Both the position numbers and the translations under genes were made by a program. Below are positions 39,215-44,456 of a stretch of DNA of 44,456 nt, piece by piece. Location of the stretch: positions 1 through 44,456 of the forward strand of contig JWZX01002158.1 of the NCBI GenBank assembly GCA_001275005.1. The letters run 5' to 3'. The stretch's first letter is position 1. Each line of letters begins with the position of its first letter. The stretch is from Chrysochromulina tobinii. Its lineage: Eukaryota. The notes beneath the pieces were generated by a model. The model saw only the letters and a list, made by a program, of their open reading frames with translations, made no database searches and had not been told where the DNA came from.

Positions 39215-41025
39215 TTACGCACGCGCATGAGCCGCGGCGGTGGCCGCCCGCTGCCTCGCGGCCTCAGCTTCGGCGGCGGCGGCGGCGCGGGCAGCGGCGG
39301 CGGCCTGCGCGGCGGCCTCTGTGGCAGCGGCGTGCTGCTCGGCGCGCTCGGCCCGGGCCTCCGCCTCGGCCGCATGCTTGGCGTGCGTGAGCGCCTCGAG
39401 GGTGGCGTGCTGGCGGCGCAGCACTGCCCCCAGGCGGCGCATGCCCTCGATGAGTACCTGAGGAGAAGAAAAGCAAGGAGGCACAGGGGAGAGGACGTGA
39501 GAGAGGTGATGCCACGGAACAAGGCTTGGTGGTGCCATGGAGAACGCACCTCATCCGACGCTAGGGCAAAGGAGATGCGCACGAACGGGCAGGCCGGCGC
39601 GCTCTCGAGACCGGTGTAGTGGAAGTACGAGCCGGGCACCACGAGCACCTTCTCAGCCGTCATTGCGTCGAGCAGGGCCGCCGCGTCCTCCACGCCGACT
39701 AGCTTCATCCAAACAAACATGCCACCCCGCGGCGCTGTCCACTGAGCGAGGTCCGCCAGGTGCTCGGCCGCCGCGCGCAGCACGACGGCCGCGCGATGCT
39801 TGTACGCGACCTGGACGCGCGACACGTGCGCGTCGAGGCCGGTGGCGCCCCAGCGAGTCAGGATCGCGTGCAGCTGCACCTGTACGCACGACGCCACCCC
39901 GAGTGACGGCCCCACCCCCTGCGCGAGCTTGTAGATGACCTGTCGCGGCGCCGTCACCCATCCGCAGCGCAGCCCAGGGCCCATCCACTTGCTGAAGGTG
40001 TCGCAGCGCAGTACGCGCCCCTCGCGGTCAAGGGAGAGGTACGAGGACGGCAGGCCCTCGCCCACCTCGCCACGGTAGCCGGGAACGGGAGCCGCCGCGT
40101 CGAGCGGGTCGCCAAACGCGAGGAATCGGTACGGGTCGTCCTCGATAAGCAGCATCCCGAAGTCGCACACGACCTCGTACAGCGCGCTCATCTCGGCGCG
40201 GGTACGCGTGATGCACGTCGGGTTCTGGAACGACGGGATGGTGAAGTACGCTTTCGGGAACCGCAGGCCCGGACGCAGCCGCGCCCAGTCGCCGAGCAGC
40301 GCGCTCAGCGCCGCCGGTGCCGACAGCGTGGCGTCCGCAACGAGCGGCTCGATGTGCAGGCCCCGCGCGCCCACCCACGCGCTGAGCTGCGACGTGCTAA
40401 ACGAGAAGTCGAGCTCGTCGACGAGGAGTGAATCGCCCGGGTCGAGGAGCGTCTCCCATGCCCTTTGGAAGCCGTCCGCGTTGCCCGTGCACACGCACAC
40501 GTCCCAGCCCTCCTTGGGTGGCGCGTGCTGCTCCTGCACGTGCGCGCGGATCCAGTTAAGCAGCGGCACATATCCGACAGTGCCCACGCCCGGCGTGATG
40601 TCGTGCATGTACTGCTGCGCCTTGCCCACGAGCGTCGGGTCGTCGATGCAGATGCGCTCGCCGTCGACCAGCTCAAGCGTGTAGCTCTTCACGGGGAATA
40701 GCGACGGATGCGGCGTTCCGCCCGACATGACTGCCATGCCCTCGATGTGGCTGAGCGGGATGAGGCCACGCAGAGGTGCGGGCCGCTTGGCGCGCGCGAC
40801 GAGCGACAAGTGGTCCTCCATCTTGAACGGCTCCTTGCCTCGCACGTGCCGGCGGAAGGGCCACCAGCGCTGCACGACGGCAAGGCGCGCGACAAGCGCC
40901 GTGGCGAGCTCGAATCTCGCCCGGCGACACCACCACGACAGCACGACGCCGATCGCGACCCCGGCGCCGAACGTCACGAGCGTGTGCGAAGGCTTCTTGC
41001 TAAGGCCAGGAGCCAGCATCACCAT
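39215..41025 (-). CDS. PLP-dependent class I/II aminotransferase (kynurenine/2-aminoadipate aminotransferase KAT-II/Aro8-like); exons 41025..39550 and 39457..39215
   Basis: MSGGTPHPSLFP, AQQY..GYVPL, TIPSFQNPT, IEDDPYRFL, PLP-Lys motif DTFSKWMGPGLRCGW, PRGGMFVW and FVRISFA. A GT-AG intron restores LIEGMRRLG. N-terminal hydrophobic anchor present. A possible upstream exon starts at the ATG at 41149. Confidence 0.9.
39458..39549 (-). other. Spliceosomal intron (92 nt, GT-AG) in the aminotransferase gene
   Basis: GAG|GTGCGT...CTTTTCTTCTCCTCAG|GTA with a polypyrimidine tract; splicing restores the conserved C-terminal helix. Confidence 0.85.
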
Positions 41026-41377
41026 TGAGGTGGCTTCCAAGCCACGGCTGCCGTCGTACGGCAGGCTGCAGTAGGCCAGCGTCCGTCAGCGCCGCGTGCA
41101 GCTTGGCGCGCGCGGTGGGAGTCGTAAGCGGCGGTTTTGACTCCGCCATCGTTCACAGGAGTTTCACAGGCGACTTCGCTCAGCGAGGCAGTATTTTCCC
41201 ACAGGACTGATCGGGATTTACCCTCACTAAGACCGTCAAAACTTGGCACTAAACCAAACGTACACGACCGCACGCAGGTCCGCGACCCGAGCATGCTGCA
41301 TTGCTGCACCCGGGAGCGAGGAGACCTCAGGAGAGGCAGGGCGAGCGGCCACGCTAAAAATAATAAAAACCTGGTCA

Positions 41378-41404
41378 GTGCGTGCGTGCGTGCGTGCGTG
41401 CGTG
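41378..41404. repeat. (GTGC)n microsatellite in the divergent intergenic region
   Basis: gtgcgtgcgtgcgtgcgtgcgtgcgtg. Confidence 0.9.
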
Positions 41405-41525
41405 GCGTGAGGGTGGGCGTCGACAGCAAGATGGAATTCAATGTGACGAAACTTTTCCTCTCGACAAACTCACTTACCCACGCGAGCCGTCTCCCCTGAG
41501 TAGAAAACGGTCAGAAGTGAGAGGA

Positions 41526-42173
41526 ATGGCTTCGAGAAGTCAAGCAACTGTGGCTGCGGCACTCGCCGCCGCTGCCGCACTCGGCTGGCTCTACTGGCGT
41601 ATCAAATCGCTAGAGCAGGCGCTCGCACTTGGTGCCGCCGAGTGCGGCGCTCTGCGCAGCGCTCTTGCTCAAGCGACGGAGGCAGCTCTGCGAGAACGAG
41701 ATGCAGCTGTGGAAGAGGCGCGCGTGACGCGAACGCAGCTCAACGAGAGTCTCAGCGCGCACCAAGAGGGCCTCAGCACGCAGCGCGAAGCACTCGAGGC
41801 ACAGAGCGCTGCATTGGAGGCAGCACGCGTGACTCATGAGCTGCGGTTGAGCGAGCATGAGCTCGGGCGGTACCTCTCGCAGGCGGCTCTCGAGGCGAAG
41901 CATGAAGAGGTCGCTCGGCTAGAGCGCGAGCTGGCCGAGTTGCGTCAACGAGGACAGGAGGCAGCCCTGAATGAAGGCGGTACAGACGATGGCGGCAACG
42001 GCACCGGGTCCTCGTCACAAACCGAGGAGGACAGGGCGCGCCGCCGAGCTGCAGTGGCCACCGAAAGCGCGCGACGTCGAACACGGATCGCTGAGAGGCG
42101 TTCGGCTGCTGCCCGGCTTGAACAGGCTCTTGGTATTGGGGGTGATGGCCGCATTAGTGACGGTGGTGCATAG
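41526..42173 (+). CDS. Hypothetical N-terminally anchored coiled-coil protein (215 aa)
   Basis: MASRSQATVAAALAAAAALGWLYWRIK signal anchor followed by heptad-rich E/A/L/R sequence. Confidence 0.7.
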   Translation: MASRSQATVAAALAAAAALGWLYWRIKSLEQALALGAAECGALRSALAQATEAALRERDAAVEEARVTRTQLNESLSAHQEGLSTQREALEAQSAALEAARVTHELRLSEHELGRYLSQAALEAKHEEVARLERELAELRQRGQEAALNEGGTDDGGNGTGSSSQTEEDRARRRAAVATESARRRTRIAERRSAAARLEQALGIGGDGRISDGGA

Positions 42174-42519
42174 GTCAGACTCGTCAGTGCGGCTGCAGTA
42201 CGGTCGGGTTCGTTCGGTGCAGCGGAGCGCGCCGCGGGCGCGCGGTATATATGTCGGTATGTAGTGAGACATATAATTATCAGATCAATGTGAACGACGC
42301 TGTGCCCCCACGGTCTTCAGTCCTGCACTAACGTACCCGCGCCGAGGGCGACCAAAACCCGCCCCCATATCTCCTGAGCTCTCCTGCGAGAGACGGCGCG
42401 TCGGCGCCCTTTGGCCTCGCTCGTGGACCTGTTTACACGCGAGACGCGCTCACGAGCCCGGCCGGTGCACGGCTCTCTAACGGCTCTCACGCGGCGGGCA
42501 CGTCCGACGTCGGCACTGC

Positions 42520-44456
42520 TCACCTGGCCATGCTTTTCTCGAAGCTCGCGATGGCGGCGGCGCTCTTGGCGCTGATCGGGTCGGTGGTGCGCCGAAAAGT
42601 GGGCTCGGTCGCATCGCGTGCGGGCGTATACAGGCCGAGGCCACGCAGGCGCGATTCACGCTGGGCCTCGAGCTCGAGCTGCCCAGCCTTGCGCCAGTGG
42701 ACCTCGTCCGGGCCGTCGGCGAGACGCAGCACCCGCGCCGAGGCGAAGATGGTGGCGAGGGGCGTATCCGCGCAAACGCCGGCGCCGCCGTGGATTTGGA
42801 TGGCTTGGTCGGCGATGCGCTGGACAGTGGCGGGCACGCTCGCCTTGACAATCGATAGGAGCTGGCGTGTGTGGTGATCCGTATTGCCCTTGGTGTCCAT
42901 CAAGTGCGCCGCCTCGCGCACAAGGTGACGCATTGAGTCGATGTCGGCGCGGCAGCGCGCAATGTCATCGAGCACCGTATCGCGCAGGGCGAGTGGCTTG
43001 CCGAAGGCGACACGTGCCTCGGCGCGCGCGCACATGAGGGAGAGGGCGCGCTCCGCCTGACCGATGGCGCGCATGCAATGGTGGATTCGTCCCGGGCCGA
43101 GGCGGCGCTGGGCGATCTCGAAGCCCTTGCCCTCCCCCCACAGGATGGATGACTGCGGCACGCGGCAGTTTTGGAACTCGATCTCCATGTGGCCTTTGGG
43201 CGCGTCGTCGTCGCCGAAGACGGTGAGCGGGCGCGCAATACGGATGCCCGGGGTGTCCATGGGCACGAGGATCATCGACTGCTGCTTGTGCACGCTCGGG
43301 TTAGTCGGGTCCGTCTTGCCCATAAGGATCATGACCTTGGTATGCAGCGAGCCCGCACCCGTGCACCACCATTTTCGCCCGTTGATCACGTACTCGCTCC
43401 CCTCCTTGCTGATGTCGATTGAGACATTCGTCGCGTCGCTGCACGCCACGTCCGGCTCGGTCATCGCGAAGCAGGAACGGATCTGGCCATGGAGCAAGGG
43501 CACCAGCCATTGCTCGTGCTGCTCCGCCGTGCCGAAGCGGGCTGCGAGGAAGCACAGGGACGGGCATGGGGTCAGCGGAGAGGGGGGCGCTCCGTGCATG
43601 CATTCTGGGTATGTAAGAGCAGAGAGGGCCAAGAAGTGACCCGACAAGGGATCCTAGCTAGGCAAGGGATCGATCGCTTCAGCCCGTCAGGGAGCGGATG
43701 CCACGTCACCGAGCTTCTTAGGCTGTGAGGGAGGCAATCAGAGGAGGGAGCGGATGCCACGTCACCGATCGTTTCCATGTTGCCCGTGTCCGGGCTGGCA
43801 CAATTGGTGGACATCGCGGCCATCTCGCCATGAACGGAGGTGCCCATGATCTCGCACAGGTCCGCGTACTGCAGGTTGGTCAGCCCGCCACCCTTGAACT
43901 CGCCACCGCGCACAAGTGCCGCCGTGTCGACGGGTAGCCACAGGTTCCACAAGCCGGCCGCCTTGGCCTTGTGCATCAGCTCGATGAGCAAGGGCGGGTG
44001 TGTCCACTCATTCGAGGCGCTGAAGGCGTGCGACTGCTTCGCGAACGCCACCTCCCGAGGGTAGATCTCCTCGTGCATGAATGCGAGCAGCTTTGACTTG
44101 AGGGCCGCGTACTCGGCCTCAGGCAACCCCCTGGCTGACGCCGACGGTGCGGACGCGGGCGACGCGGCGGCGTTTACAACAGGGGCGTTCACAGCTGGGG
44201 CGTTCAAAGCCGTGGCGGCGGGCGCGCGCGCGGCCTTGGCGGCGGGAAAGAGGCCGGCGCTGAAGGCAGCACCCACGCCGGCCGCCATAGTGAGCCGATC
44301 GGGCGTCTTGGTGTACCGATCGGCCGCGGCGACCCCGAGCTGAGCCACGACTGATGCGAGCTTTCCAACGGCTGCTCCGTCGGCGGCGCTCGCCTGGCCG
44401 CTTAGAGAGCGCTTGTAGACGCCTTGCAAGATGGAGCCCATGCGAAAGCATGCAAA
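42520..44456 (-). CDS. Acyl-CoA dehydrogenase ACAD10/ACAD11 (IBR3)-like, phosphotransferase-ACAD fusion, 5' part outside window; exons >44456..43766 and 43541..42520
   Basis: End of the APH domain [25 protein letters not shown] motifs [66 protein letters not shown] and [10 protein letters not shown]. Confidence 0.93.
43542..43765 (-). other. Spliceosomal intron (224 nt, GT-AG) in the ACAD gene with duplicated 5' end
   Basis: ATC G|GTGACG...CTTCCTCGCAG|CC CGC restores ETIARFGT; 24-bp direct repeat at 43689-43712 and 43745-43768. Confidence 0.88.

Noticed and set aside
39109..39457. C-terminal extension of the 643-aa aminotransferase ORF
   Set aside because: Read-through of an intron; the conserved terminal helix is in the 39215 frame.

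Overview
Gene-dense, very GC-rich, intron-poor eukaryotic nuclear DNA. It is most likely from a flagellated alga with a red-derived complex plastid; a haptophyte is inferred from composition, bipartite plastid targeting, intron style and SPAG16. About 13 protein genes are present: a coiled-coil protein, an NCKX/SLC24-like cation exchanger with an inserted PH domain, a GT31 glycosyltransferase, a 3551-aa WW/UBA/HECT E3 ligase, SPAG16/PF20, a SAC3/GANP-domain CCCH protein, a dual-specificity phosphatase, an RNI-like LRR protein, an RCC1-repeat protein, a plastid KEA K+/H+ antiporter, a KAT-II/Aro8-like aminotransferase, a TM coiled-coil protein and a 5'-truncated ACAD10/11. A box C/D snoRNA with a 16-nt guide to the 5' end of 18S rRNA lies at about 38186-38267. 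Notable oddities are an exchanger whose alpha-2 ion-binding Asp residues are both Asn, WG/GW (Argonaute-hook-like) repeats in the SAC3 protein, four same-direction +1 frame breaks, an intron with a duplicated donor, and probable transposon relics. All calls come from reading the sequence and recalled motifs; no database searches were run.
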